In this document: positions 1 to 11,853 of the stretch, in pieces
Position numbering within the stretch: the first letter of the stretch is position 1
Layout of the letters: each line of letters begins with the position of its first letter
Assembly (NCBI RefSeq): GCF_006345805.1
Contig: NC_043026.1
Coordinates: 12,565,579 to 12,629,578, forward strand
Direction: 5' to 3'
Length of the DNA: 64,000 nucleotides
DNA from: Octopus sinensis
Taxonomy: Eukaryota
Position numbers and translations under genes: made by a program
The notes under the pieces: generated by a model
Told to the model about the DNA's origin: nothing
Database searches by the model: none
Seen by the model: only the letters and a program-made list of their open reading frames with translations

Positions 1-574
1 GATGTCCTTCTTAATGCTAACCTTCCCACAGTGTATTGAGTACCTTTTATAGGTCACCAACACTGGGCATGTCTATGATTTTTCTTGGATTGACGTGTCT
101 TCTCAGGCACAGCAAATAGCCAAACATCTTGGTCATTATTTCTACATTCCCAGGAACTGTGGTTGTTGCCAATATTTGAAGACGACGCAAATGAATTTGT
201 AAAATTTCTGAACATAATTAATATAATTAATATACAAAAACTTTTTTGAACACATCCCAGGTATCGAAGCCAAGAAGCATTAATATTTATCTTAGTTTAG
301 AGAAAATGTTTCACATTAATTTTCCCATTTATATAAACAGGATTATATTTAATCTTCCACATTTCACAGGACATTTTCCTTTGGTCTTTAAGACATGACG
401 AATATTGACAATGGATCTGATGTAAATGGCTCTTTTATACCAATGTCACCTGGAGATCTGAAAGAATAAAGAAACAGTATAAGATAAACCTGGCATAATT
501 TCGTTATATCTATACTCCACAACCCATGGAAGTGAAATGTCTCGACCTTGTTGAGCTATATCAAAGGAATGCCT

Positions 575-1548
575 TCTTTCTTATTTCTTTATTACCCACA
601 AGGGGCTATACACAGAGGGGACACACAAGGACAGACAAACAGATTAAGTCGATTACATCGACCCCAGTGCGTAACGGTTACTTATTTAATCGACCCCGAA
701 AGGATGAAAGGCAAAGTCAACCTCGGCGGAATTTGAACTCAGAATGTAAGCTAAACGATATACCTATTTCTTTACTGCCCACAAGGGGCTAAACACAGAG
801 GGGACAAACAAGGACAGACAAACGGATTAAGTCGATTATATCGACCCCCACTGCGTAACTGGTGCTTAATTTATCGACCCCGAAAGGATGAAAGGCAAAG
901 TCGACCTCGGCCGAATTTGAACTCAGAACGTAGTGGCAGACGAAATACCTATTTCTTTACTACCCACAAGGGGCTAAACACAGAGGGGACACACAAGGAC
1001 AGACAAAGGGATTAAGTCGATTATATCGACCCCAGTGCGTAACTGGTACTTATTTAATCGACCCCGAAAGGATGAAAGGCAAAGTCGACCTCGGCGGAAT
1101 TTGAACTCAGAACGTAACAGCAGACGAAATACCTATTTCTTTACTACACACCAGGGGCTAAACACAGAGGGGACAAACAAGGACAGACATAGGTATTAAG
1201 TCGATTATATCGACCCCAGTGTGTAACTGGTACTTATTTAATCGACCCCGAAAGGATGAAAGGCAAAGTCAACCTCGGTGGAATTTGAACTCAGAACGTA
1301 ACGACAGACGAAATACCTATTTCTTTACTACCCACAAGGGGCTAAACACAGAGAGGACAAACAAGGACAGATAAACGAATTAAGTCGATTACATCGACCC
1401 CAGTGCGTAACTGGTATTTAATTTATTGATCTCGAAAGGATGAAAAGCAAAGTCAACCTAGGCGGAATTTGAACTCAGAACGTAACGGCAGATGAAATAC
1501 CGCTAAGCATTTCGCCCGGCGTGCTAACAATTCTGCTAGCTCGCAGCC
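575..1548 (-). repeat. Tandem array of about five ~185-bp units of tRNA-head SINE family A, with one complete 5' head at the right end
   Basis: Unit ATTTCTTTAyTACCCACAAGGGG...CGACCCCGAAAGGATGAAAGGCAAAGTCGACCTCGGCGGAATTTGAACTCAGAACG recurs at ~583, 766, 951, 1136, 1318. The head GGCkGCGAGCTrGCAGAA (A/B-box-like) is at ~1500-1548 on the minus strand. Confidence 0.85.
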
Positions 1549-1739
1549 TTTTTTAATGCCTTCTTTCTTAATAACCTTCGACTGTCTCACTCATTAAAGA
1601 CGTTAACATAACATTTTTCATACAGATGAATTATTTAATTTCGTTTTGGGATTTGGTTTGCAAGATTCTTTATGTGAGTTCGTGTGTTGAAGCATATTCT
1701 GTTGTCTGGGAAGAATCCTTCTCTTTTAATGCCTTATAA

Positions 1740-2164
1740 GGCGATCTTTCGTCTCTAGTAGACCTTTCCGTCGATTTCCGTAAAAAAATATTTTTTTTTT
1801 ACATATGGGCTTGCGGGAACTTTTGAAGTAATATACATACATATACACATACACCGAGTAAAAAATTTCAGTTATCTCTCTCTTTCACACATTACCCTGT
1901 CTCTTCACACACACTAACAGAAGCACTTCACTTACACAACACACTGTCTGTCTCCCACACCCCATCAAACACACACACACACACACATGTACATCAATGC
2001 TTCCCCTGGACGGTAACTTCAAAAGAACTTCCCTCGTCATACAATCGCTTTCTCTTAGTCTCTTTCGCTCTCATTACTTCAAAAGTTCCCGCAAGCCCAT
2101 ATGTAAAAAAAAAATGTTTTTTACAGAAATCGACGGAAAGGTCTACTAGAGACGAAAGATCGCC
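1740..2164. mobile_element. MITE with ~90-bp terminal inverted repeats (GGCGATCTTTCGTCTCTAGTAGACC...), copy 1 of 4
   Basis: Long TIRs are read directly at both ends. Other copies lie at 11413-11853, 28820-29247 and 35905-36376. Confidence 0.85.
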
Positions 2165-2415
2165 GTCATGGCATTCTCTTTTAATGCCTTATAATTTAAC
2201 ACACTCGCCACTAGAATTTCCACTTATTTCTTTTCCGCTGCGTCTTGCAACCTTTTCAAATAGTTTTGACTCAAAACTCTTGAAAAGGTTGCAAGACGCA
2301 ACGAAAATTTGAGAAAAACAAAAAAGAAATAAGTGGAAATTTTACCAGTGAATGTGTTCAATTATAAGACACTAAAAGCGAACGACTCCCCCAGACACAA
2401 CGGAATTATTTAATA

Positions 2416-3473
2416 CTAGCAGTATCGCCCGGCGTTGCTCGGGTTTGTAAGGGAAATAACTATAAAGCATATTTAGAGAGTTATAGCCAAAAAATAGCAA
2501 ACAAATACATTAAAAATGGAAAAAAAATCGTTGACTCATCGTAGACATTTTTAGAGAGTTACTTCCCTTATATAATAGCGAAAGAAATGCATTAAAATGG
2601 AAAAAAATGATGGTAAATTATTTTTTAAATCGTTCACTCATCGTAGACATTTTTAGAGAGTTACTTCCCTTATATAATAGCGAAGAAATGCATTAAAATG
2701 GAAAAAAATTATGGTAAATTATTTTTTAAATCGTTCACTCATCGTAGACATTTTTAGAGAGTTACTTCCCTTATATAATAGCGAAGAAATGCATTAAAAT
2801 GGAAAAAAATTATGGTAAATTATTTTTTAAATCGTAGACATTTTTAGAGAGTTACTTCCCTTATATAATAGCGAAAGAAATGCATTCAAATAGAAAAAAA
2901 TTGATGGTAAATTTTTTTTAAATCGTAGACTCATCGTAGAAGCGCGCTAATACCCAGAAGGGCTCGATATGAATGATGACTATAAGATACCCGGTTTTGG
3001 TTAAACTGCACCGCAAAATGTGGGAGGAGTTAGGAATCTAAATCGTAGGAGACAGACACACAACTTGACTTTTATATATATTCAATACTAGCAGTATCGC
3101 CCGGCGTTGCTCGGGTTTGTAAGGGAAATAACTATATAAGCATTTTTAGAGTTATAGCCAAAAAATGTATTAAAAATGGAAAAAATATTATGGTAAATTT
3201 TTTAAAAAATCGTTGACTTATCGTAGACATTTTTAGAGAGTTACTTCCCTTATATAATAGCGAAAAAATGCATTAAAATGGGGAAAAAATGATGGTAAAT
3301 AATTTTTAAAATCGTAGACTCCTCGTAGACGCGCGCTAATACCCAGAAGGGCTCGATATGAATCACGACTATAAGATACCCGGTTTTGGTTACAGTGCAC
3401 CGCAAAATGTGGGAGTAGTTAGGAATCTAAATCGTAGGAGACAGACACACAACTTGACTTTTATATATAAAGA
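2416..3473 (-). mobile_element. Two tandem non-autonomous Helitrons (2416-~3080, 3088-3473); the first has an expanded internal ~90-bp minisatellite
   Basis: The minus strand starts TC (TCTTTATATAT) in the 3088-3473 copy (the other is slightly 5'-clipped) and ends with hairpin CCCGAGCAACGCCGGG + CTAG. Same family as 17658-18052. Confidence 0.75.
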
Positions 3474-4073
3474 TTTGAACAATTATAATCCCCATCGTAA
3501 TTACTGAATCTCTTTACAACAGTGAAGGCTATACATTTAATTATTGTTGTATTATACAATGAATCTATCAAGTTATTACTTTCACATCACCGAGTAAAAG
3601 ACTTACTTGGATTTCTCCATAAATTTCTTATTTCTGTTTCCATCTCTTCTAATCGTCTTCAGGAAATATTCTCTCTGCGAGACGAAAATTTCACGAGTGA
3701 AATGTATAAAAACTGACACGGAAAAATGAAACGAAAACAAGAAGAAAGCGGAAAGTGTCACTGGTGTAAAGACGTCAAATTCTCGCCTATAATAAGTTAT
3801 CTCCCGCTAATCTGAACGCGATTTCTATTATCCCAGATTCAATTATACCTATTTCTTTATTATCCACAAGGGGCTAAACACAGAGGGGACAAACAAGGAC
3901 AGACATAGGTATTAAGTCGATTCCATCGACCCCAGTGCGTAACTGGTACTTAATTTATCGACCCCGAAAGGATGAAAGGCAAAGTCGACCTTTGCACATC
4001 TTGATATATTTATATCATTGAATACATTTAATACTACGTTTATTCTACATTGTAAGCTAATGTTAAAAATATA

Positions 4074-4488
4074 GGATCTTTTCGGTTTGACCGGCAGTTT
4101 TTAAAAATAATTTCCACCTAACTAAACACTTTTAAACTTCGTATGCTGGTAGAATGTGTTTAGAAAACATCTTTTTCTCTTGGCTTTATTGAGAAAATTC
4201 TATAGTTTGTAAGATATTTGTTGGGTTTTTTTCCCTCAATTTCTGAAATTTCAACCAATCAATGACGTGTATTGAGGTAAAAAACATTCAGTGCCGTATG
4301 AATATGTCCACCCCGTTTAAGAAACAGATTGGGTTTATTTACATTCCTGAAGAAAAAACATACCCTTCCCCCCACCCCTAACCCTAAAACAGATTGAAAT
4401 GCAATAGATCGATAGTAGGGTCATAATTATGGGTGACAATTTCATATGACACCACTAGAAAAAACTGCTGTTCAAACCGAAAAGATCC
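4074..4488. mobile_element. MITE with TIR GGATCTTTTCGGTTTGAmCGGCAGTTTTT containing a (TTAGGG)2-3 motif; further full or partial copies at ~5060-5313, 5485-5730, 10790-11025, 61026-61839, 62484-62914
   Basis: Matching inverted termini at 4074 and 4488, and at 62484 and 62914, with shared internal sequence. Confidence 0.75.
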
Positions 4489-4519
4489 AAAAAATATATA
4501 TATATATATATTTTCCAGT

Positions 4520-4900
4520 GCATTTACTCTTTTACTCGTTTCAGTCATTTGACTGCGGCCATGCTGGAGCACCACCTTTAGTCGAGCAAATCGATCCCGG
4601 GACTTATTCTTTGTAAGCCCAGTACTTATTCTATCGGTCTCTTTTGCTGAACCGCTAAGTGACGGGGACGTAAACACACCAGCATCAGTTGTCAAGCAAT
4701 GCTAGGGGTACAAACACAGACACACACATACATATATACGACAGGCTTCTTTCAGTTTCCGTCTCCCAAATCCACTCACAAAGCATTGGTCGGCTTGAGG
4801 CTATAGCAGAAGACACTTGCCCAAGATGCCACGCAGTGGGACTGAACTCGGAACCATGTGGTTGGTAAGCAAGCTACTTACCACACAGCCACTCCTGCGC
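4520..4900 (-). mobile_element. tRNA-head SINE family B (head GGCGCAGGAGTGGCTGTGTGG, tail (GAGTAAAA)n); representative of about 20 copies in the window
   Basis: Near-identical full or partial copies at ~5331, 18498, 18915, 19298, 32453, 33120, 36915, 37985, 39548, 41555, 49385-50125, 55640, 56430. All have a B-box-like GGTTCAGTCCC and an internal (TA)n/(TG)n tract. Confidence 0.8.
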
Positions 4901-5699
4901 CTATTACTTACTTTTGCAGAAATCACACTAATCCATAACATCCAAGCAAAGAATAACGTTCATCCCGAAATAAATGGTCTGTCCCTAGAGGTTCCTTCAT
5001 TGGTTTTTGAAACTGTACTACCTACCAACACTGGAATGGCTTCCTTTTAATCACTTCATTTTTAGCTAGGAAATATTCTACAAATTTACGTTTCTGAATT
5101 TTTTTGCAAGATTCATGATGCGAAAACGTATGATTTCTTTACCTTTTGACCTACAGATTAAAAAAAATTTTTGTAACATGCTCTTCTCCCCACCCCTAAC
5201 CCTAACCCTAAAACAGATTGAAATGCAATAGATCGATACTAGGGTCATAATTATGGGTGACAATTTCATATGACACCGCTAGAAAAAACTGCCGTTCAAA
5301 CCGAAAAGATCCAAAATATATATATATATATAGGCGCAGGAGTGGCTGTGTGGTAAGTAGCTTGTTTACCAACCACATGGTTCCGGGTTAAGTCCGACTG
5401 CGTGGCACCTTGGACAAGTGTCTTCTACTATAGCCTCGGGCCGACCAAAGCCACTTTCAAATTTCGGACACTGGTAGAATGTGGGATCTTTTCGGTTTGA
5501 ACGGCAGTTTTTTCTAGCAGTGTCATATGAAATTGTCACCCATAATTATGACCCTAGTATCGATCTATTGCATTTCAATCTGTTTTAGGGTTAGGGTTAG
5601 GTGGGAAGGGTATCTTTTTTTTCTTCAGAAATGTAAATAAACCCAATCTGTTTCTTAAATGAGGGACATATTCATACGGCACAGAATGTTTTCACCTCA

Positions 5700-7370
5700 A
5701 TAGATGTCATTGATTGGTTGAAATTACAGAAATTGGATACAAAAATGCATGGTAAGGAGAATCAATGGGGGAGATTATTTCTTTATCATTCAGCTTGTGT
5801 ATATACATGTGGCCACAGTAAAGGTATTTAAAGTCACAGCCTTGTTTTATATATTCTTCATCCAGGTTTCCTGTCAAATGAGATTACAGCCTTCTTAGTA
5901 GGGAGGGAGGGGTTAGGGCTGTTTTAGGCTGGTGGGGAAGGGTATCTTTTTTTCTTCAGAAATGTAAATAAACCCAATCTGTTTCTTAAATGAGGGACAT
6001 ATTCATGACACACAATGTTTTCACCTCAATAGACGTCATTGATTGGTTGAAATTACAGAAATTGGATACAAAAATACATGGTAAGGAGAATCAATGGGGG
6101 AGATTATTTCTTTATCATTCAGCTTGTGTATATACATGTGGCCACATTAAAGGTATTTAAAGTCACAGCCTTGTTTTATATATTCTTCATCCAGGTTTCC
6201 TGTCAAATGAAATTACAGCCTTCTTAGTAGGGAGGGAGAGGTGGAGTAGGAAGTGACTGAGAATTCAACGCAGCAGAAGAGTAATGATGATACAGTAGAC
6301 AGGAGAGGGACAACAGAAGCGACATGATGTTGGATAATTTGCAAGGACAGGTGCGGAAGAGTGGGGCAGGCATGATGGAAGACAAACAAGCATAGTGAAT
6401 AAATGATTTTTATTAGAAATTAGAATGACCTGTCATTTATTGATGTAAATTATAGGCCACACAGTCAAGACAATATATGATTGAATAGACAGACAGCCAG
6501 ACACTGACAAATAGATTCTCAGTTAGGACTGAGACAAACAGACTGAGGGAGAGATAAACTGAGAGAAGAGTAGTACAGCTGAGCTGAGAAGAGGAGGGAA
6601 GGATCATGAGGAATCTCATGGACTTCATAGAAAGATATGAAAATAGGGGTGATGGAGTATTAAGCTTGGCCTTCAAAGTACGAGGATGAGTGGGGCAGGG
6701 GGAAGAAAAGTGTGGGACACTTGGTGGAGATGGCAAGAGTGTGTTAGGGGTGGGGACGGTGTAAGGGTGAAGAGATGGAAAGTAGGCAACCTGTAACAAT
6801 GTAAGACACATAGGGAGGGAAAGGGGGAGTAGGAAGTGACTGAGAATTCAAAGCAGCAGAATAGTAATGATGATACAGTAGAGAGGAGAGGGACAACAGA
6901 AGTGACATGCTGTTGGATAGTTTGCAAGGACAGGTGGGGCAAGCTTAATGGAATACAAACAAGCAAAGTGAATAGACGTCATTGATTGGTTGAAATTACA
7001 GAAATTGGATACAAAAATGCATGGTAAGGAGAATCAATGGGGGAGATTATTTCTTTATCATTCAGCTTGTGTATACACATGTGGCCACATTAAAGGTATT
7101 TAAAGTCACAGCCTTGTTTTATATATATCCTTCATCCAGGTTTCCTGTCAAATGAGATTAGACCCTTCTTAATAGGGAGGGAGAGGTGGAGTAGGAAGTG
7201 ACTGAGAATTCAACGCAGCAGAACAGTAATGACGATACGGTAGAGAGGAGAGGGACAACAGAAGCGACATGATGTTGGATAATTTGCAAGGACAGGTGGG
7301 GAAGAGTGGGGCAGGCATGATGGAAGACAAACAAGCAAAGTGAATAAATGATTTTTATTAGAAATATTAC
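5700..7370. repeat. Local mosaic triplication of a ~200-bp block and a ~170-bp purine-rich block
   Basis: Block CATTGATTGGTTGAAATTACAG...GGGAGGGAG at ~5708, 6036, 6980. Block AGGAAGTGACTGAGAATTC... at ~6249, 6832, 7192. Confidence 0.8.
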
Positions 7371-7599
7371 AGCAGTAAGTTACCACACTCATGTCGACAT
7401 AGTAGTAGTTATATGTAAAATAACATTATATTTTCTTTCCTTTGACAAACACTGCGTGTATCTTGGTTTTACAACACATGCCTTGAGTACGTAAAATGTA
7501 AAAGGTGATTAAACAGCTGGCATCAAGAAAAGTATTGAGCTTTGAAAGATTATTTCAAAAAGGGGAAACAAAATGAGATTAGTAATTAGGTAAAGTTCA

Positions 7600-8185
7600 T
7601 GATCATCATCATCGTTTAACGTCCGCTTTCCATGCTAGCATGGGTTGGACGGTTCAACTGGGGTCTGGGAAGCCCGAAGGCTGCACCAGGCCAGTCAGAT
7701 CTGGCAGTGTTTCTACAGCTGGATGCCCTTCCTAACGCCAACCACTCCGTGAGTGTAGTGGGTGCTTTTTATGTGCCACCGACACAGGTGCCAGACGAGG
7801 CTGGCGAACGGCCACGCTCAGATGGTGTTTTTTATGTGCCGCCGACACAGGTGCCAGACGAAGCTGGCGAACGGCCACCGGCATGGAGGCCAGGCGAGGC
7901 TGGCACGGCCACGATCAGATGGTGTTTGTTACGTGCCCACAGCACGGAGGCCAGTCGATGCGGTACTGGCTACGGCCACGTTCGGATGGTTTTCTTATGT
8001 GCCACTGGCACTGGTACCACATAAATACAAATTCCATTGATGTTCATCGATTTTGATTTGGTTCCATTTTCACTTGCCTCAACAGGTCTTCACAAGTGTC
8101 CCAAGAAGGAAGGTATGCACAGTGGACTGACTACGTCCCAGGTAGGGACCATGGGTTATGGCCTCACGTGTCTTGCCAGGTCTTA
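7600..8185 (-). mobile_element. SINE/non-LTR family C with RTE-type 3' tail ((GAT)n) and internal ~55-bp subrepeats; other copies at ~22960, 23565, 24690, 40222, 41985, 50150, 52885
   Basis: Shared GGTTGGCGTTAGGAAGGGCATCCAGCTGTAGAAAC and AAACGGACGTTAAACGATGATGATG termini. Confidence 0.75.
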
Positions 8186-8244
8186 AGGGTAAATAATGTT
8201 CAGCAAATAAAATAATTGTCTCACTTTTGTTGGAGAATAAATTC

Positions 8245-8923
8245 CCGCAGATATCCAAATGCTGTGACTTTTCTCCTGACTGAATACATTTGTGTGTACA
8301 AAAAATGTTTGTTTGAAAAGATGATATACCACAGATGTCACAGTGATATGTTCCCCCCCCCCCCCGCATGAATGCATATATGAGTAGTTAAATTAAACCT
8401 TGATGTGAATTATTTACCACAGATATAACATAGGTAAGGCCCTTTTGTGTGCATGTTTGTGTCCACTTAAAGCAGAAGTTTTACACAAAGATTTACAGCA
8501 GATATCATAACCATATGGAATTTTTCCTGCATGAATACATTTGTGTTTAGTTTTTTTTTGTTTGTTCATTCTTGAGCAATCCCCGGCTCATAAGGGCCGG
8601 TTTCCCAGTTTCCTTGGCATATAGGTTCCCCACCTGGATGGGACACCGGTCCATCACAAGTGAGCTGCAAGATGCAGGAGGAAAGAGTGAGAGAAAGTTG
8701 TGGCGAAAGAGTCAGCAGAAGTTCGCTATTACCTTCTACCAGAGCTGCGTCGAGCTTAAGTATTTCGTCCATAAGCACACACACACATCGCCCAGTCTGA
8801 GATTCGAACCCGCGATCCCCCGATCGCGAGTCTGCTGCTCTAACCACAAGGCCATGTGCCTCCACTTTGTGTTTATTTAGTAAAGTCATTAATTTGAGAG
8901 AATGATTTACCACGGATATCACA
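8245..8923 (-). pseudogene. Decayed C2H2 finger repeats downstream of the ZNF1 stop (probable 3' UTR), split by a SINE
   Basis: After TAG the sequence continues TGT GAT ATC CGT GGT AAA TCA TTC. Further broken CDICG/HxxxH motifs run to ~8245. Confidence 0.8.
8550..8865 (-). mobile_element. tRNA-head SINE inserted into a decayed finger, 10-bp TSD TTTGTGTTTA
   Basis: Head GAGGCACATGGCCTTGTGGTTAGAGC...GGTTCGAATC on minus. TSD at 8540-8549 and 8866-8875. Confidence 0.8.
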
Positions 8924-10297
8924 CTAATATAGCTCCTCTGTATGAATACGCTTATGTTTAGTCAAGTAAATACTTACAGAGAATGATTTATCACAGATAT
9001 CACAGCGATATGGTTTTTCTCCTGTATGAATACGTCTATGTGTAGAGAGACCATCCTTTCTAGAGAATGATTCACCACAGACATCACACTGATATGGTTT
9101 TTCTCCTGTATGAGTACGTTTGTGTTGATTTAAGACACCGGACTGACAAAATGTTTTACCACAGATATCACAGTGATACGGCTTCTCACCTGTATGAATA
9201 CGGATATGTCTGGTTAAGTTGCGACTATCAGAGAACGATTTACCACAGATATCACACTGATATGGCTTCTCTCCAGTATGAGTACGTTTGTGTTTATTTA
9301 GGATACCAGATTCATGAAATGATTTACCACAAATATCACAGTGATATGGCTTCTCACCTGTATGAATTCGTCTATGTGTTGTGAGATTATTACTTCCAGA
9401 GAATGATTTACCACAGATATCACAGCGATATGGCTTCTCTCCTGTATGAATACGTTTGTGTGTAGTCAAATGCATATTTGTATAGAATGATTTACCACAG
9501 ATATCACAGTGATATGGCTTCTCACCTGTATGAATACGTCTATGTGTAATGAGATAATGATTTGTGGAGAATGATTTACCACAGATATCACATGGATATG
9601 GCTTCTCACCTGTATGGGTACGTTGGTGTCTATTTAAGTCATCAGACTGACGAAATAATTTACCACAAATATCACAGTGATACGGCTTCTCACCTGTATG
9701 AATACGGAAATGTATGTTTAAGTTGCAAGTATCGTGGAATGATTTACCGCAGATTTCACATGAATATGGTTTCTCACCTGTATGAGTACGTTTGTGTTTA
9801 TTTAAGACACCAGATTCATGAAACGATTTACCACAAATATCACAACCATATGGCTTCTCACCTGTATGACTACGTCTATGAATTGTCAGATTATTACTTC
9901 TAGAGAATGATTTACCACAGATATCACAGCGGTATGGCTTCTCACCTGTATGCATACGTCTATGAGTTGTGAGATTATTATTTTTAGCGAATGATTTACC
10001 ACAGATATCACAGCGGTATGGTTTTTCTCCTGTGTGAACACATCTGTGGGTATCAAAGTTAATTCTTTGAGAGAATGATTTACCACATATATCACAATGA
10101 TATGGTTTCTCTCCTATATGAACGCATCTGTGTTCAGCTAAGCGATTATTTTCAGAGAATGATTCCCCACAAATATCACAGGGATATGGTTTCTCACCTC
10201 TATCAATACATTTGTGTTTAATGAGCCTACTTTCCAGAGAAAATGATTTTTTACAGATACCACAATGGTATGAGGATTTTTCAGTCACTTTCTGCAT
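8924..10297 (-). CDS. ZNF1: poly-C2H2 zinc-finger protein, 457 aa, 16 fingers (first degenerate), single coding exon
   Basis: Open frame with CxxC-x12-HxxxH repeats and TGEKPY linkers. First ATG is at 10297; the ORF track starts at an upstream TTG. Confidence 0.92.
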   Translation of the reverse strand: MQKVTEKSSYHCGICKKSFSLESRLIKHKCIDRGEKPYPCDICGESFSENNRLAEHRCVHIGEKPYHCDICGKSFSQRINFDTHRCVHTGEKPYRCDICGKSFAKNNNLTTHRRMHTGEKPYRCDICGKSFSRSNNLTIHRRSHTGEKPYGCDICGKSFHESGVLNKHKRTHTGEKPYSCEICGKSFHDTCNLNIHFRIHTGEKPYHCDICGKLFRQSDDLNRHQRTHTGEKPYPCDICGKSFSTNHYLITHRRIHTGEKPYHCDICGKSFYTNMHLTTHKRIHTGEKPYRCDICGKSFSGSNNLTTHRRIHTGEKPYHCDICGKSFHESGILNKHKRTHTGEKPYQCDICGKSFSDSRNLTRHIRIHTGEKPYHCDICGKTFCQSGVLNQHKRTHTGEKPYQCDVCGESFSRKDGLSTHRRIHTGEKPYRCDICDKSFSVSIYLTKHKRIHTEELY

Positions 10298-10722
10298 CTC
10301 AGCAAAATAATAAATCAATCCTTTAAGTCTGTAACATTATCCATTGCTTCAATAGTTTTCTTGTCTCAGAACAATATACGGTTTATTTTCTTGTTTCACT
10401 TTTTATCAATTATTTCTTTCAACTGTTTTACAACTATTTTCCCATCAACTCTGATTTTCATCAATATCTGAAGATGCCACAAACGTATTTGAAACTTCAT
10501 CCAAATTTAATTACTGAAGGCAAATTCATCTTGTACATACTGCAGACTACACAGTAGAGAAATGCTGCCATTAAACTCCGTTCACAAGAAATATTTCACT
10601 GTAGTTTACCACAGAATTATATATTGTTGTATACAACGTTTTTCTTTAGTCTTTAAAAGATAATAAATGTTGATGATGAATCTGATGGAAGCAATTCTTT
10701 GATGTCACAGTTGTCTGATGTT
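10298..10722 (-). other. ZNF1 5' leader in the coding exon, beginning at a splice acceptor
   Basis: Minus-strand TTATTTCTCTCTTATTTCAG acceptor at 10723-10725. Stops in all three frames. Near-identical to 26451-26879. Confidence 0.7.
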
Positions 10723-11412
10723 CTGAAATAAGAGAGAAATAACAGTATTAAATATAGAAGAATCCTTTTAATAGCAAAGTAGTTAATGAGGGACATATTC
10801 ATACGGCACAGAATGTTTTCACCTCAATACACGTCATTGATTGGTTGAAATGGCAGAAATTGAAGAAAAAAACAACAAATATCTTACAAACTATAGAATT
10901 TTCTCAATAAAGCCAAGAGAAAAAGATGTTTTATAAACACATTCTACCAGTATACGAAGTTTAAAAGTGTTTAGTTACGTGGAAATTATTTTTAAAAAAC
11001 TGCCGGTCAAACCGAAAAGATCCAAAGCATGTATGCATTCATAGACACAGATATTGAGAATGAAAAGAAGCAATTACGGGATGGGCGAAAGGATGGTTTT
11101 AATTGCAAACCAAACCGGAAGTTGTCTTACAAGGACAGACATGACAGATATTATTATTCTGATTTCACAATATAAAAATTAAGGAAGCCGCTCTGCTTTC
11201 ATTTTACAGCAAATGCAGGCAATTTACTTTACATAGCATACAAAAGTTATCTTTAGATTTAAAAATAATAATAGATTAATATTTCAAACCGTAGAATATC
11301 ATTGTCCTATAGGTAAACGTCTGGAGAAAGAGACATCTTTTTCCGATGTTGTGTGTGTTTTGCCCCTTATATTATTTCTGCATTCTTGAAAGGTCACATA
11401 ATTAAATCTTTT

Positions 11413-11853
11413 GGCAATCGCCCTTTTGGCAATCTTTCGTCTCTAGTAGACCTTTCCGTCGATTTCCGTAAAAAAAATTTTTTTTTTTTACATATGGGCT
11501 TGCGGGAACTTTTGAAGTAATATACATACATATACACATACACCGAGTAAAAAAATTTCAGTTATCTCTTTCTTTCACACATTACTCTGTCTCTTCACAC
11601 ACACTAACAGAAGCACTTCACTTACACAACATACTGTCTGTCTCCCACACCCTCATCAAACACACACACACACATGTACATCAATGCTCACATGCACGGT
11701 AACTTCAAAAGAACTTCCCTCGTCATAAAATCGCTTTCTCTTAGTCTCTTTCGCTCTCATTACTTCAAAAGTTCCCGCAAGCCCATATGTAAAGAAAAAA
11801 AATTTTTTTTTACGGAAATCGACGGAAAGATCTACTAGAGACGAAAGATCGCC
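11413..11853. mobile_element. MITE (GGCGATC family) in ZNF1 intron, 9-bp flanking duplication AAATCTTTT
   Basis: Duplication at 11404-11412 and 11854-11862. The empty site is visible in the ZNF3 paralog at ~29407-29425. Confidence 0.85.

Noticed and set aside
575-1548. Regularly spaced repeats resembling a CRISPR array
   Set aside because: Whole ~185-bp units repeat with no unique spacers, they are SINE-derived, the context is eukaryotic and there are no cas genes.
5200-5600. TTAGGG/CCCTAA motifs as interstitial telomere
   Set aside because: Only 2-3 units, always at the same position inside one MITE family.
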